Shown: positions 17,650-27,830 of the stretch, piece by piece
Position numbering within the stretch: the stretch's first letter is position 1
How the letters are laid out: every line of letters begins with the position of its first letter
Source: Nanobdellota archaeon
GTDB lineage: Archaea; Nanobdellota; Nanobdellia; Pacearchaeales; GW2011-AR1
Direction of reading: 5' to 3'
NCBI GenBank assembly: GCA_038045705.1
Contig: JBBSXO010000005.1
Span: 15,371 to 79,370 of the forward strand
Length of the DNA stretch: 64,000 nucleotides
The notes under the pieces: model-generated
Seen by the model: the letters and a program-made list of their open reading frames with translations, nothing else
Told to the model about the DNA's origin: nothing
Database searches by the model: none
Translations under genes and position numbers: made by a program

Positions 17650-19697
17650 TTTTCAAAAGTATAAGATTAAAAAATATAAGAAGTTACAAAGAACAGGAAA
17701 TAAAATTTCCAGAAGGAGCTGTGCTTCTTGCAGGAGACGTAGGCTCAGGGAAGACATCTATTCTTTTAGCAATAGAGTATGCATTATTTGGTTTGCAACC
17801 AGGGCAAAGAGGTTCATCACTTCTATCCAATGGAGAAGAGTATGGTGAAGTCTCTTTAGAAATGGATATTAATGGAGTTCATACAATAATAGACCGAGGA
17901 TTAAAGAGAAGTTTGAAATCAATAAATCAGGATTTTGCTGCGATAACTATAAATGGGAGCAGATTCGAATCTTCAGTAACAGAAGTAAAATTAAAAATTC
18001 TAGAATTATTGAATTACCCCCTAGATTTTGTAAGAAAAAATAACCTTTTGTATAAATACACAGTTTATACACCTCAAGAAGAGATGAAACAGATAATTCA
18101 AGAAAGCACAGATGTAAGGTTAGATGTTTTGAGGCATGTATTTGGAATAGACAAATACAAAAGGATACAGGATAATATTCAAAGAATTGCAACAATGATA
18201 CGAGATGAATCAAGAATATTACAAGCAGAATCTGCATCAATAGAATCAAAAAAGAGTGAGTTAGATTCAAGTCTAAAATTTGTTAATATATTAGAGTCAA
18301 ACATTGTTGCTAAACAGGAAGAAGTAAATAAATTAAAATATGAAAAAGAGTTGAAAGAAAAAGAAGTAGACTCCTTACAAAAATTAGTTGCAGATAAAGA
18401 AAATTTCAAGAAGGAAATAGAAAAGTTTTCAATAATGGGAAGAAATAAACAGGAGCAGATATCAAGATTTGTAAAAGACCTCAAAGATGTAGAAGATTTA
18501 TTAGAAGGCTCCAAGATAAATGACTCAAACACTAATATCAAAACAATTATAGATCAAATATCTAAAGAAAAGTCCACAATAAATTTGTTAGAAAAAGAAT
18601 ATCTTGAATTAAGTTCAAAAAGCAGTTCTTTGGATATGTTCAGACAGCAAGAAATAAGTAAGAAGAATAAAATATTTCAGTTAAAACACTGCCCTACTTG
18701 TTTGCAAGATGTCCCAGAAGCTCACAAACATAACATAATGAATGATACCGAATCAAAAATAAAAAAAGCAATAGATGATAAATCAGTTTTGTTGTCTGAA
18801 ATTCAAAAAATTGAGTTTGAATTAAAAAAACATAAAGAAATAACTAATGTTTTAGAACAGGAGAGAATAGCTATGGAGATTCAAAATGCAAGACAAGAAA
18901 ACTTGAACAAGCATATGATCAAAAAACAAGAACTCTTAAAATTAAAAGAAGCTTTTGAAAAAGATGTTTTATTGATAAATGAGCAAATAGATTCTCTAAA
19001 AAAACATTCTTTTGAATATACAAAATTTGAAAATTTATTAAAAATAAAGAAAGACGAACTATCTATTTTAGCAGAATCAGAAAAAATGAGAGAGATAGAA
19101 TTTGCAGAAATAAGAAAAGAAATAGAATTAACAAATAAGGAAATATCAAAATATAATATTGAAATACAGAAGGGTCAGGAATCTAGAAATAAACTGGTAA
19201 GAATGTTAGAAGTAGAAGGCTGGTTATCAAACAATTTCACAAATTTAACAAAGTTCACTGAAAAGAATATTCTCATTGCATTGAGAAAGGAATTTACAAA
19301 AATATTTAATAAATGGTTTTCAATGCTTACCACAGATGCCTTTGAAGTGTATCTAGATGAAAATTTTTCTCCAGTAATTGTTCATAATGAATTTGAATTA
19401 GACTATGAATTTCTTTCAGGTGGAGAGCGAACAGCAGTAGCTCTGGCTTACAGACTAGCACTAAACCAATTAATAAACTCAGTTTTAAGTAAAATAAAAA
19501 CATCAGATGTAGTCATTTTAGATGAACCTACAGAGGGATTCTCAGAACAGCAATTAGACAAAATGAGAGATATGTTGCGTGAGTTAAATGTAAAACAACT
19601 CTTAATAGTTAGTCATGAAACAAAAATAGAGAGTTTTGTAGACCATGTAATACGTTTCAGAAAAACTAATGGAATCTCAAAGGTAGTAGCAGAGTAA
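17646..19697 (+). CDS. rad50: DNA double-strand break repair ATPase Rad50
   Basis: Walker A 'GDVGSGKTS' is present. There are long coiled coils with the 'CPTC' zinc hook. The signature 'LSGGERTAVALAYRLAL' and Walker B 'VVILDEPT' are present. Confidence 0.9.
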   Translation: MIFKSIRLKNIRSYKEQEIKFPEGAVLLAGDVGSGKTSILLAIEYALFGLQPGQRGSSLLSNGEEYGEVSLEMDINGVHTIIDRGLKRSLKSINQDFAAITINGSRFESSVTEVKLKILELLNYPLDFVRKNNLLYKYTVYTPQEEMKQIIQESTDVRLDVLRHVFGIDKYKRIQDNIQRIATMIRDESRILQAESASIESKKSELDSSLKFVNILESNIVAKQEEVNKLKYEKELKEKEVDSLQKLVADKENFKKEIEKFSIMGRNKQEQISRFVKDLKDVEDLLEGSKINDSNTNIKTIIDQISKEKSTINLLEKEYLELSSKSSSLDMFRQQEISKKNKIFQLKHCPTCLQDVPEAHKHNIMNDTESKIKKAIDDKSVLLSEIQKIEFELKKHKEITNVLEQERIAMEIQNARQENLNKHMIKKQELLKLKEAFEKDVLLINEQIDSLKKHSFEYTKFENLLKIKKDELSILAESEKMREIEFAEIRKEIELTNKEISKYNIEIQKGQESRNKLVRMLEVEGWLSNNFTNLTKFTEKNILIALRKEFTKIFNKWFSMLTTDAFEVYLDENFSPVIVHNEFELDYEFLSGGERTAVALAYRLALNQLINSVLSKIKTSDVVILDEPTEGFSEQQLDKMRDMLRELNVKQLLIVSHETKIESFVDHVIRFRKTNGISKVVAE

Positions 19698-19780
19698 GAT
19701 GGTATACAAACATAATTCCACAAGATGAAAAAATTTAAATACTATGATTAAAACATAACTTAAGGGTATTTTTTATTCTC

Positions 19781-20455
19781 ATGAATGAAGACATTTCAAA
19801 ACACGTTCTAAAAACTGGAACATTAACAATTGGCATAGTATGCAAAGACGGCATAGTTGTAGCTGCAGATAGAAGGCAATCTTATGGTGGTCAGGGTGGA
19901 GGAGTTTCGTATCTTGCAGGCGCAGCCAAGAAAGTCCTAGAAATTACAGATAGAATGATTGCCACAACTGCTGGTACTGCATCGGATACAAGGAAGGTCT
20001 TGGAAATAATGAGGGCAGAATTTAAATTAAAAGAACTAAGAACTAGAGAAAGAATAACCGTTCCAGAAGCAGCTAATTTTTTAGCAAATATGGTTTATGG
20101 AAACATCAGAACACCATCAATGATTCCAAGCATAACACATTTTATAATTTCAGGATATGATGAGAAAGGAATTTATCTTTATGATATATCTCCAGATGGG
20201 TATATCCAGGAATCAAATAGTTATGTGGCAACAGGGAGTGGAATAATGCAGGCACACCCTATTTTAGACTCAGAATATAAGAAAAATATGACTATTGATG
20301 AGGCTATTTTAATGGTTACTAAATGTATTAAAGCCGCAACAGCAAGAGAACCATCAGTTGGAGCTGGAATTGATATTTATACAGTAAAAAAAGGTGAAAT
20401 TAAACAGGTAGTAGATAAGGAAGCTATAGTAAGTTTCGAAAATCATACAAAGTAA
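19781..20455 (+). CDS. psmB: Proteasome subunit beta
   Basis: 'KTGTLTIGIVCKDGIVVAADRRQSYGG' shows the propeptide junction and the Thr1 context. Confidence 0.9.
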   Translation: MNEDISKHVLKTGTLTIGIVCKDGIVVAADRRQSYGGQGGGVSYLAGAAKKVLEITDRMIATTAGTASDTRKVLEIMRAEFKLKELRTRERITVPEAANFLANMVYGNIRTPSMIPSITHFIISGYDEKGIYLYDISPDGYIQESNSYVATGSGIMQAHPILDSEYKKNMTIDEAILMVTKCIKAATAREPSVGAGIDIYTVKKGEIKQVVDKEAIVSFENHTK

Positions 20456-20462
20456 AATTCTA

Positions 20463-22358
20463 ATGAGTGAAATATTGAAAGCAATAAAAAGTGAATTACC
20501 TAATGGTGTAGTTAGTGAAGCAATCTTCGAAGGAGCTAACATAGTCCTTTATACAACAGATAAAGAATTTTTTAGAAATAGCGATGAAAAAATAAGAGAG
20601 GTAGTAAAAAAAGTAAAGAAAAGAATAGAAATTAGAGCAGATACAAGTTTATTAGCACCACAAGAAGAAACTGAAAAGACTATTAGAGAACTAGTTCCAA
20701 CAGAAGCAGAGATAGAATCAATAATTTTCGACGTTCAAAGAAGCACAGCTATAGTAGAAGCAAAACGTCCAGGGATAGTAATCGGAAAACAGGGAGGAAT
20801 TCTTAAGCAAATAAGGGATTCAACAATGTGGACAATCCAGACACAAAGAAGTCCTGCAATTCATTCAAAAATTACTGAAAAGATAAGAGACGTTTTATAT
20901 GCAAATAATAATTATAGAAAGAAATTTTTAAATGATATAGGAAAAAAGGTTTATGAAAACTGGAATCCTGAAAAGATGGATATATGGGTTAGACTCACAT
21001 ATCTAGGAAGTGGTCGTCAGGTAGGTCGTTCATGTTTGCTTTTACAAACTCCCAAATCAAAGATAGTCTTTGATTGCGGAATAAACCCGGGAATACTCCA
21101 CGGACCTGAAAAGTTCCCTTATCTTGATGTCTCAGAAATAGGAGATCTTGGTTCAATTGACGCAATAGTATTATCGCATGCTCATTTGGATCACAGCGGA
21201 GTTATTCCTTACCTCTACAAAATGGGGTATCGTGGTCCAGTATATATGACTCCCCCTACAAGAGATATAGCAGCATTACTTACTCTTGATCTTGTAGGAG
21301 TTGCTTACAAGCAGGCAGAATCTCCATTATACAGACCAGATGATGTGAAAGAAATGGTTAGACATTCTATTTGTCTTAACTACGGAGAAGTTTTTGATAT
21401 AACTCCAGATATAAGGATAACTTTCTATAATGCGGGTCACGTACTCGGTTCAGCGGTTACTCATGTAAATATTGGAAATGGTTTGCACAACTTTGTTTAT
21501 ACAGGAGACTCAAACTATAGAAAAACAAGGTGTTTAGATCCAGCAGTAAACTTTTATCCAAGAGTTGAATCAGTAATGGTTGAATCAACTTATGGTTCTA
21601 AAGATCAGATTCAGCCACCTGCTTCAGAAGTAGATGAAAGGTTTTTTTCTTTAGTTAATGAAACAATAAAAAGAAACGGAAAAATATTGCTTCCAGAATT
21701 GGGCTTAGGTCATGCACAAGAAACTCTTTTAAGAGTTGAAGAGGCAATTCGTACAGGTAAACTCCCAGAAATTCCAGTTTACCTAGATGGAATGTTATGG
21801 GATATTACTGCCATTCATACAGCATATCCAGAATTTTTAGGAAGCAATTTAAGAAATAGGATATTCCAAGATGAGAATCCTTTCGTTTCACCATATTTCA
21901 AAAGAATAGGTTCTCCTACAGAGCGTAAGGAAGTAATTGAAGGAGGACCATGTATTGTTATAGCTACTTCAGGAATGTTAGCAGGGGGAGCATCAGTTCA
22001 ATACTTTAAAGAATTTGCAGAGAGTGAAAATAATTTAATAATCTTCGGATGTTACCAAGCGCCTAATTCATTGGGTAGACAAGTTTCTGAAGGAAATAAA
22101 GTTGTAAAAATAGATGATCAATTAGGTGGAGAAACAGTTAAAGTTAATATGCAAGTAGAAACAATGTCTGGATTATCAGCTCACTCAGGTCGTGGTGAAT
22201 TAATGCAGTTCATAGCAAGAATGTCTCCAAAACCTAAAAAAATAATTTTAAGTCATGGAGAACAATCAAGATGCCTTGATTTAGCTTCAAGCATTTATAG
22301 GCAGTATGGGATAGAGACAGTTGTCCCAAGAAATTTAGAAACAATAAGATTAAAATAA
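20463..22358 (+). CDS. aCPSF1: KH-domain beta-CASP ribonuclease (archaeal transcription termination factor FttA-type)
   Basis: It has N-terminal KH domains and the metallo-beta-lactamase motif 'LSHAHLDHSGVIPYL'. The 631-aa length is typical. Confidence 0.9.
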   Translation: MSEILKAIKSELPNGVVSEAIFEGANIVLYTTDKEFFRNSDEKIREVVKKVKKRIEIRADTSLLAPQEETEKTIRELVPTEAEIESIIFDVQRSTAIVEAKRPGIVIGKQGGILKQIRDSTMWTIQTQRSPAIHSKITEKIRDVLYANNNYRKKFLNDIGKKVYENWNPEKMDIWVRLTYLGSGRQVGRSCLLLQTPKSKIVFDCGINPGILHGPEKFPYLDVSEIGDLGSIDAIVLSHAHLDHSGVIPYLYKMGYRGPVYMTPPTRDIAALLTLDLVGVAYKQAESPLYRPDDVKEMVRHSICLNYGEVFDITPDIRITFYNAGHVLGSAVTHVNIGNGLHNFVYTGDSNYRKTRCLDPAVNFYPRVESVMVESTYGSKDQIQPPASEVDERFFSLVNETIKRNGKILLPELGLGHAQETLLRVEEAIRTGKLPEIPVYLDGMLWDITAIHTAYPEFLGSNLRNRIFQDENPFVSPYFKRIGSPTERKEVIEGGPCIVIATSGMLAGGASVQYFKEFAESENNLIIFGCYQAPNSLGRQVSEGNKVVKIDDQLGGETVKVNMQVETMSGLSAHSGRGELMQFIARMSPKPKKIILSHGEQSRCLDLASSIYRQYGIETVVPRNLETIRLK

Positions 22359-22847
22359 TTATCTAAATTCTTCAACAGCTTTTAACACATTGTTTACAAG
22401 ATCCTTTGTAATAAACAAAGAAGACTGATTATACAATTCGTTTATCTTATTAATAGTTGTTTTTTTATCAATTATTTTTTGTCTAAAAGCACGAAGTACA
22501 ATTCCAATAGTCCCATGAACTTCTAGAGAATAATCTTTAGCGACAATTCGCGCATCAAGATCATCAGTTATAAAGTAGTTTATTTTTTCTTGTAATGCGA
22601 GCGCAATTGCAGATGATTCACCAATATCTAAATTATATTTATTTGTAAATAATTTAACCATATCTTTAGAAGAATGAGACAAATTCTTAAGTTTTACTTT
22701 TTTTGGAAGACCTATCTTATATTTTAACAACTCATCAATTACTTCCTTAGAAGTAAAGATACTAGAAAATATCTCCAAAGCATCTATAAAGCTTATTTCA
22801 GTTAAATGTATTATTGGACCAGTATTAGAAACAGCTTTATTTTCCAT
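22359..22847 (-). CDS. PIN-domain-like putative toxin (DUF3368-type)
   Basis: Its size and acidic residue pattern fit this type. It overlaps the upstream small RHH gene by 11 nt. Confidence 0.45.
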   Translation of the reverse strand: MENKAVSNTGPIIHLTEISFIDALEIFSSIFTSKEVIDELLKYKIGLPKKVKLKNLSHSSKDMVKLFTNKYNLDIGESSAIALALQEKINYFITDDLDARIVAKDYSLEVHGTIGIVLRAFRQKIIDKKTTINKINELYNQSSLFITKDLVNNVLKAVEEFR

Positions 22848-23049
22848 ATAATCCCCATTGAATATCTTCCTTTATAGCAGACTCCAACTGGACAATTTTC
22901 TGTTTTTTAACGAGTTCACGGACAGCATCACGAATTAATTCAGACCTGTTTGCATACCATCCTTGTTTTATCAACTCTTCCATTTCATCAATTATTCTTT
23001 TTGTTAGTTTTGCTGGAACAGTTTCCATATCTGACTTATTAACTTCCAT
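22837..23049 (-). CDS. Ribbon-helix-helix (CopG-like) putative antitoxin
   Basis: 'TKRIIDEMEELIKQGWYANRSELIRDAVRELV' is an RHH pattern. Confidence 0.5.
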   Translation of the reverse strand: MEVNKSDMETVPAKLTKRIIDEMEELIKQGWYANRSELIRDAVRELVKKQKIVQLESAIKEDIQWGLYGK

Positions 23050-23144
23050 ATAGTATCACCTGAGTAATACTATTTAAACATTTTTATTTTCATTTTCACC
23101 ACATTTAAATATATACATCATTTATATAAATTGAAAGAGAAAAA

Positions 23145-24077
23145 ATGAAGCACACAGTAAAAATTACATTAATTCTGATAAGTTTATTCTTTGTAGCACA
23201 ATTAATAGGAATTTATGTAGCACACGCATATTTGCCTGAAATAAAACAGGTTGTAAATGAAACAACAGGCGAAGTAACAAATGAAACTATTTACAATTTA
23301 CCTTACGGGTTAGATCCACCAACAGACATTAAGCCTCAAGAATCAATTTTATCAATAATAATAGCATTATGCATCGCAGTCACTCTTATGTTATTCCTGA
23401 TGAAGTTAAAAGCAGAAACTTTTCTAAGGGGATGGTTCACGATAGTAGTCATTTTGGGACTTTCAATAGCTCTTAATGCATTTTTAATGCCTATTCCCAA
23501 AGCTGCTTTGATTTCAGTTATAATTGCAATTCCACTAGGGATATTAAAAATATTTCATAGGAATATGTTTGTACACAATGCAACAGAGCTTCTAATCTAC
23601 CCAGGTATTGCGACCGTTTTTATACCAATTCTAAACATTTGGTCAGTAGCAGTTTTATTAGTAATAATCTCTGTATATGACATATATGCAGTATGGCATG
23701 CTGGTTTCATGCAAAAAATGGCTAAGTTCCAAATTCAAAAATTAAAACTGTTTTCAGGTTTCTTTGTTCCATATATGAGAAAAGAAGATAGGTTAGTTCT
23801 AAGCAAAGTAAAATCTATGAAAGAGAAAGAAAACAAATTGAAAAAGATAAGAGTAAATCTTGCAATTTTAGGCGGAGGCGACGTAGTATTCCCTATAATT
23901 CTAGCAGGAGTAGTATTGAGAACAATGGGCTTGTGGCAGGCATTCATAATAGCATTAGGGGCTACTTTAGCCTTAGCATATTTATTCTATAGGTCAGAAA
24001 AAGGCAAGTTTTATCCAGCAATGCCTTTCATATCAATAGGTTGCTTTATCGCTTTAGCAATTGCTTATTTAATTTAA
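23145..24077 (+). CDS. Presenilin/signal-peptide-peptidase-like intramembrane aspartyl protease
   Basis: It is polytopic with a YD motif 'ISVYDIYAV', a GxGD motif 'LAILGGGDVVFP' and a PAL-like motif 'YPAMPFISIG'. Confidence 0.7.
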   Translation: MKHTVKITLILISLFFVAQLIGIYVAHAYLPEIKQVVNETTGEVTNETIYNLPYGLDPPTDIKPQESILSIIIALCIAVTLMLFLMKLKAETFLRGWFTIVVILGLSIALNAFLMPIPKAALISVIIAIPLGILKIFHRNMFVHNATELLIYPGIATVFIPILNIWSVAVLLVIISVYDIYAVWHAGFMQKMAKFQIQKLKLFSGFFVPYMRKEDRLVLSKVKSMKEKENKLKKIRVNLAILGGGDVVFPIILAGVVLRTMGLWQAFIIALGATLALAYLFYRSEKGKFYPAMPFISIGCFIALAIAYLI

Positions 24078-24141
24078 TATAAGTGTAATTTCAAAGTAAA
24101 CCACAAATTAGATATATAAGTTAATTTTAGAGTTAAACACC

Positions 24142-24351
24142 ATGGATAAAAATAAAGCACTTGTTGTATTTCAAGATAAGAAAATAAGAAGAACATGGTT
24201 TAATGATAAATGGTGGTTTGTTATCGAGGATATTGTTGCCATACTAACAGATTCTCAAGACCCCAAACAGTATATTAATAAAATGAGACAAAGAGATAAA
24301 CCGCTTGAACAAGGGTGGGTACAGATTGTACATACCCATCCAGTCACTTGA
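24142..24351 (+). CDS. Small protein with Bro-N/KilA-N-like N-terminus (putative)
   Basis: 'LVVFQDKKIRRTWFNDKWWFVIEDIVAILTD' resembles the Bro-N consensus (F.IR..WF...DVa.iL). Confidence 0.3.
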   Translation: MDKNKALVVFQDKKIRRTWFNDKWWFVIEDIVAILTDSQDPKQYINKMRQRDKPLEQGWVQIVHTHPVT

Positions 24352-24464
24352 AAATCTACCTTTACATTTTGAAGTTTCATAATATCAGTTAAGCCTTATA
24401 CTCAGTCCTGAAAAGAGGTATTTAAGTTTATCTTAATATAACCCCTTTAAAGTTACAACATTAG

Positions 24465-24477
24465 AAACATTTAAATA
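24465..24477 (+). promoter_or_regulatory. Archaeal BRE/TATA promoter motif AAACATTTAAATA (TrmB-family gene)
   Basis: The 13-mer is identical to the motif at 16101. It lies 22 nt upstream of the ATG at 24499, implying a leaderless or short-leader mRNA. Confidence 0.5.
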
Positions 24478-24498
24478 CCCTCAGTTTTTTGCTCCTTT

Positions 24499-25260
24499 AT
24501 GATACTAAAACAAGAAACAGTAAGCAAAGTAAAAGAACACTTTGATCTTAATATTTACGAAACCAAAGTTTGGCTGGCATTACTTTCTAAAGGCATAGTT
24601 ACTGCTGGAGAAACAGCTGAAATTTCAGGAGTTCCTAGATCAAGAACTTATGATGTTCTAGAGTCTTTAACAAAGAGAGGATTTGCAATAGTAAAAATGG
24701 GAAAACCTGTAAGATATATAGCAGTAGAACCAAAAACAGTTTTAGAAAGAATACAAACAAATACTCTAAATAAAGCCCAAGAAAAAGTAACTACTCTTTC
24801 AAACTTAAAAAGCACGCAAGAATATGATGAATTAGTTCAATTACATAAGGAAGGAATATCTCCTGTAAAGATTGAAGAGTTGTCTGGACATATTAAAGGC
24901 AGATCAAACTTAATTTCAAAATTAAAAGAAATGATTGGTTCAGCAGAAAAAGAAATAGTAATTCATACAACTGCAGAAGACTTTGAAGACAAATCAAGAA
25001 TTCTTTTACCAATATTAGGCAAAATCAATAAAGAAGTAAAAATAAAAATATCATTATCTGGAGATTCATATAAAGTTAAGAGAATGGCATCAAGAAATGA
25101 ACTTAAGATAAAAGAATCTGGTCAGATAGGTAAATATTTTATCATAGATAAGAAAGAAATGTTGTTAATGATTCATCCAGAAAACATGCAAGAAGAAGTA
25201 GGTGTTTGGATAAATTCACCTTATTTTGCTAATTCTTTGTCAGGCCTATTGGAGAAGTAA
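24499..25260 (+). CDS. TrmB-family transcriptional regulator
   Basis: 'IYETKVWLALLSKGIVTAGETAEISGVPRSRTYDVLESLTKRGF' is a TrmB-type HTH. A BRE/TATA motif lies at 24465-24477. Confidence 0.75.
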   Translation: MILKQETVSKVKEHFDLNIYETKVWLALLSKGIVTAGETAEISGVPRSRTYDVLESLTKRGFAIVKMGKPVRYIAVEPKTVLERIQTNTLNKAQEKVTTLSNLKSTQEYDELVQLHKEGISPVKIEELSGHIKGRSNLISKLKEMIGSAEKEIVIHTTAEDFEDKSRILLPILGKINKEVKIKISLSGDSYKVKRMASRNELKIKESGQIGKYFIIDKKEMLLMIHPENMQEEVGVWINSPYFANSLSGLLEK

Positions 25261-25579
25261 GATGAGTTATATATCTCAATCGATAAAAGTAGGAAATTAT
25301 ACGGGTGTTGCTAAAAAGTGTTTTGAAGATTTAGATAATTATGCTAACCTTATGTCACAGAAAAGACCTGGAACTACTATTTTATTTAGAACAGAAAATG
25401 CAATATTCATGCATCTTTTAGATTGTAGTGTCTTTTTTGAATATAAACCTAGTGAAAATAAAGGAAAAATAGATTTAACATTAAAAGTAGCTGGAAAAAA
25501 TAGAAATGATACTTTTGAGGGGTTAGAAGATAAAGTTTTAAAATTTAATCCAAGTAAAACAGAAACAAGAAACTTTTAA
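25226..25579 (+). CDS. Hypothetical protein (true start probably at M 25262)
   Basis: The ORF overlaps the end of the TrmB gene. The internal Met at 25262 sits after the TrmB stop. Confidence 0.3.
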   Translation: MLILCQAYWRSKMSYISQSIKVGNYTGVAKKCFEDLDNYANLMSQKRPGTTILFRTENAIFMHLLDCSVFFEYKPSENKGKIDLTLKVAGKNRNDTFEGLEDKVLKFNPSKTETRNF

Positions 25580-25703
25580 GAATTATTAAAATGAACCATC
25601 CAACATTTAAAGTTTCAAAAGATAGAGAAACAGTTGAAGTTGATGGTCTTACTTATGTTTTAAAACCTGTTATAGTAAATAAAGATGACTTATTAACCAA
25701 AAG

Positions 25704-26303
25704 ATGACAAAACAAAACTTTGATACAACATCAGAAGCAATTTCAAGGATGTGGACAGACTATTGTTTCAAACTAGCAAAAGAAAATGCTCCAGATTTTT
25801 CTAGAGAGTATGGACTTGATGTTTATTTATTTTATGGACCGCAAGGTATTAGTCGTGCAGTTGCAGTAGGAGATATAGTAAAGACTTCTGAAGGCATTTA
25901 TGTAAACCCCCCAAGAGATAAAGAAGGAATAATCATTACAGATGAATATTCATTGAAAAAATTAAGGGATAAATCAATAATAAAGATTGTTCCAATGATG
26001 GGATCATTTTATTTGGGGGAGAATTGTTTTGGCTTTGCAGAATATTCCTCTTTTACAAGAGGTGGTCAGAGTGTAACAACATTTGTAAAAGAAGGTCTGG
26101 CTAGAGTTTTAGAAGGTAGAGATGATGATATAAAACCATCTACACTTGGTAAACTAGCATATGAAGAACCGCACAACCGAAGAGTTACTATATGGGGATT
26201 TGAAAAGGTGTCAAGACCTTCAGCATCTCGCATCTATATTGACACTGCTAGGAGTTTTTCAGGATCCGCATTAAAGATATTTGAAGAGGCAATTAACAAA
26301 TAA
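25704..26303 (+). CDS. Hypothetical protein
   Basis: It is a 199-aa ORF with no motif. Confidence 0.35.
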   Translation: MTKQNFDTTSEAISRMWTDYCFKLAKENAPDFSREYGLDVYLFYGPQGISRAVAVGDIVKTSEGIYVNPPRDKEGIIITDEYSLKKLRDKSIIKIVPMMGSFYLGENCFGFAEYSSFTRGGQSVTTFVKEGLARVLEGRDDDIKPSTLGKLAYEEPHNRRVTIWGFEKVSRPSASRIYIDTARSFSGSALKIFEEAINK

Positions 26304-26423
26304 TGTCTCAATGTCTTTTGAAAACCACTAAACAGAGAATATAGAATTTTACGCTAAAATCCCAAACATATATATTTTAGCCCACACTAAAATATCTCAA
26401 ACACTAAAAATAGTGTAAAGTCG

Positions 26424-26436
26424 AAACATTTAAATA
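26424..26436 (+). promoter_or_regulatory. BRE/TATA-like motif AAACATTTAAATA inside the ACTAAAA repeat region
   Basis: It is the same 13-mer, located 74 nt upstream of the ATG at 26510. Confidence 0.35.
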
Positions 26437-26509
26437 CTCATTTACTCTAAAGTTACTAACTAGTACATTTTAGTGTAAATTAAAATATACTAAATAGTAA
26501 AAATAGAAT

Positions 26510-27766
26510 ATGTTTAAAAGAAAAATATATCCAAGTTTATTGAATCAATCAAAAGACAAAAAAGTCTCAATCTTACTTGGGGCAAGGCAAGTAGGTAAAA
26601 CCACAATCCTTAAAACACTTCATGAAGAACTCTCAAAAACAAGCAAGTGTCTATATCTTGATCTAGACATTTTATCCAACTATGAAATGATAAGTACATT
26701 TGAATCACTTTTAAACACATTAAAAATTCATGGATATGAAGAAAATAAAGAAGACTTCTTCTATCTCTTTCTTGATGAGTTTCAAAAATATTCTGCAGTA
26801 ACAAAAATATTAAAAAATGTTTATGATAATCTGCAAAATGTTAAAATATATGCTTCTGGCTCATCTTCTTTAGCAATAAAAAAAGAAGTTCAGGAATCAC
26901 TTGCAGGAAGAAAGATAATTACAAAGATTTACCCTTTAGACTTTGAGGAATTTTTAATATTTAAGCAAAAAGATGAAATCATTAAAAATTATGGCAATCT
27001 ACATAAGCTGAATGGAGCTAACTTGGCTATATCATTAAAAGAATACGATTCATTACTAAAAGAATTTATGATATTCGGAGGCTATCCTGAAGTAGCTCTT
27101 AAACAAACAAAAGATGAGAAGATAAACGTCTTAGATAGTATATTTGATTTATATGTAAGGAAAGATCTCGTAGACTATCTTAAAATAGATAAAATTTTAG
27201 GTGCTAAAAAGCTAATAGAGTTTTTGGCAGTAAATAATGCTCAAAAAATAAAACATGATCGATTGTTAAACCTAGTACCTCATAGTCTTAAAGAAATAAA
27301 GAATATTTTAGAAATATTAGAAGAGACATTCATAATTAAAATTATTAAACCATTTTATACAAATAAAAATAAAGAAATAGTAAAAATCCCAAAAATTTAC
27401 TTTATAGACAATGGGGTAAGGAATTATTTTATAAAGAATTTTAATGAATCAAGCTTAAGAGAAGATTCAGGATTCTTATTTGAAGGATTTGTCCTATCTG
27501 AACTAATTAAACATAATTTTAAAGAAATAAAATTCTGGCAAGATAAGAACGATAACGAAGTTGATTTTATAATTGATGGTGAATTAATAATACCAATAGA
27601 AGTAAAGTTCAAAAGCGAATTAAATTCAAGTGACTTTAAAGGTATTAAGAAGTTTATTGAAGAATACCCAAAGACAAAGAACCCATTTTTAATAAACTTA
27701 AACGCTCAAAAGAAAGAAAGAAATATTAATTTAATATTACCATATTCAATTAATAATATTATTTAA
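26510..27766 (+). CDS. AAA+ ATPase with DUF4143-type C-terminal domain
   Basis: The Walker A motif 'ILLGARQVGKTTILK' is present. The 418-aa architecture matches the ATPase-DUF4143 family. Confidence 0.7.
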   Translation: MFKRKIYPSLLNQSKDKKVSILLGARQVGKTTILKTLHEELSKTSKCLYLDLDILSNYEMISTFESLLNTLKIHGYEENKEDFFYLFLDEFQKYSAVTKILKNVYDNLQNVKIYASGSSSLAIKKEVQESLAGRKIITKIYPLDFEEFLIFKQKDEIIKNYGNLHKLNGANLAISLKEYDSLLKEFMIFGGYPEVALKQTKDEKINVLDSIFDLYVRKDLVDYLKIDKILGAKKLIEFLAVNNAQKIKHDRLLNLVPHSLKEIKNILEILEETFIIKIIKPFYTNKNKEIVKIPKIYFIDNGVRNYFIKNFNESSLREDSGFLFEGFVLSELIKHNFKEIKFWQDKNDNEVDFIIDGELIIPIEVKFKSELNSSDFKGIKKFIEEYPKTKNPFLINLNAQKKERNINLILPYSINNII

Positions 27767-27830
27767 TTTCTGGGTTTAATACCCCGAGGCTTATATCGGT
27801 TCGGTAGGAGATTTCAGAAAGTTTCCTTAT

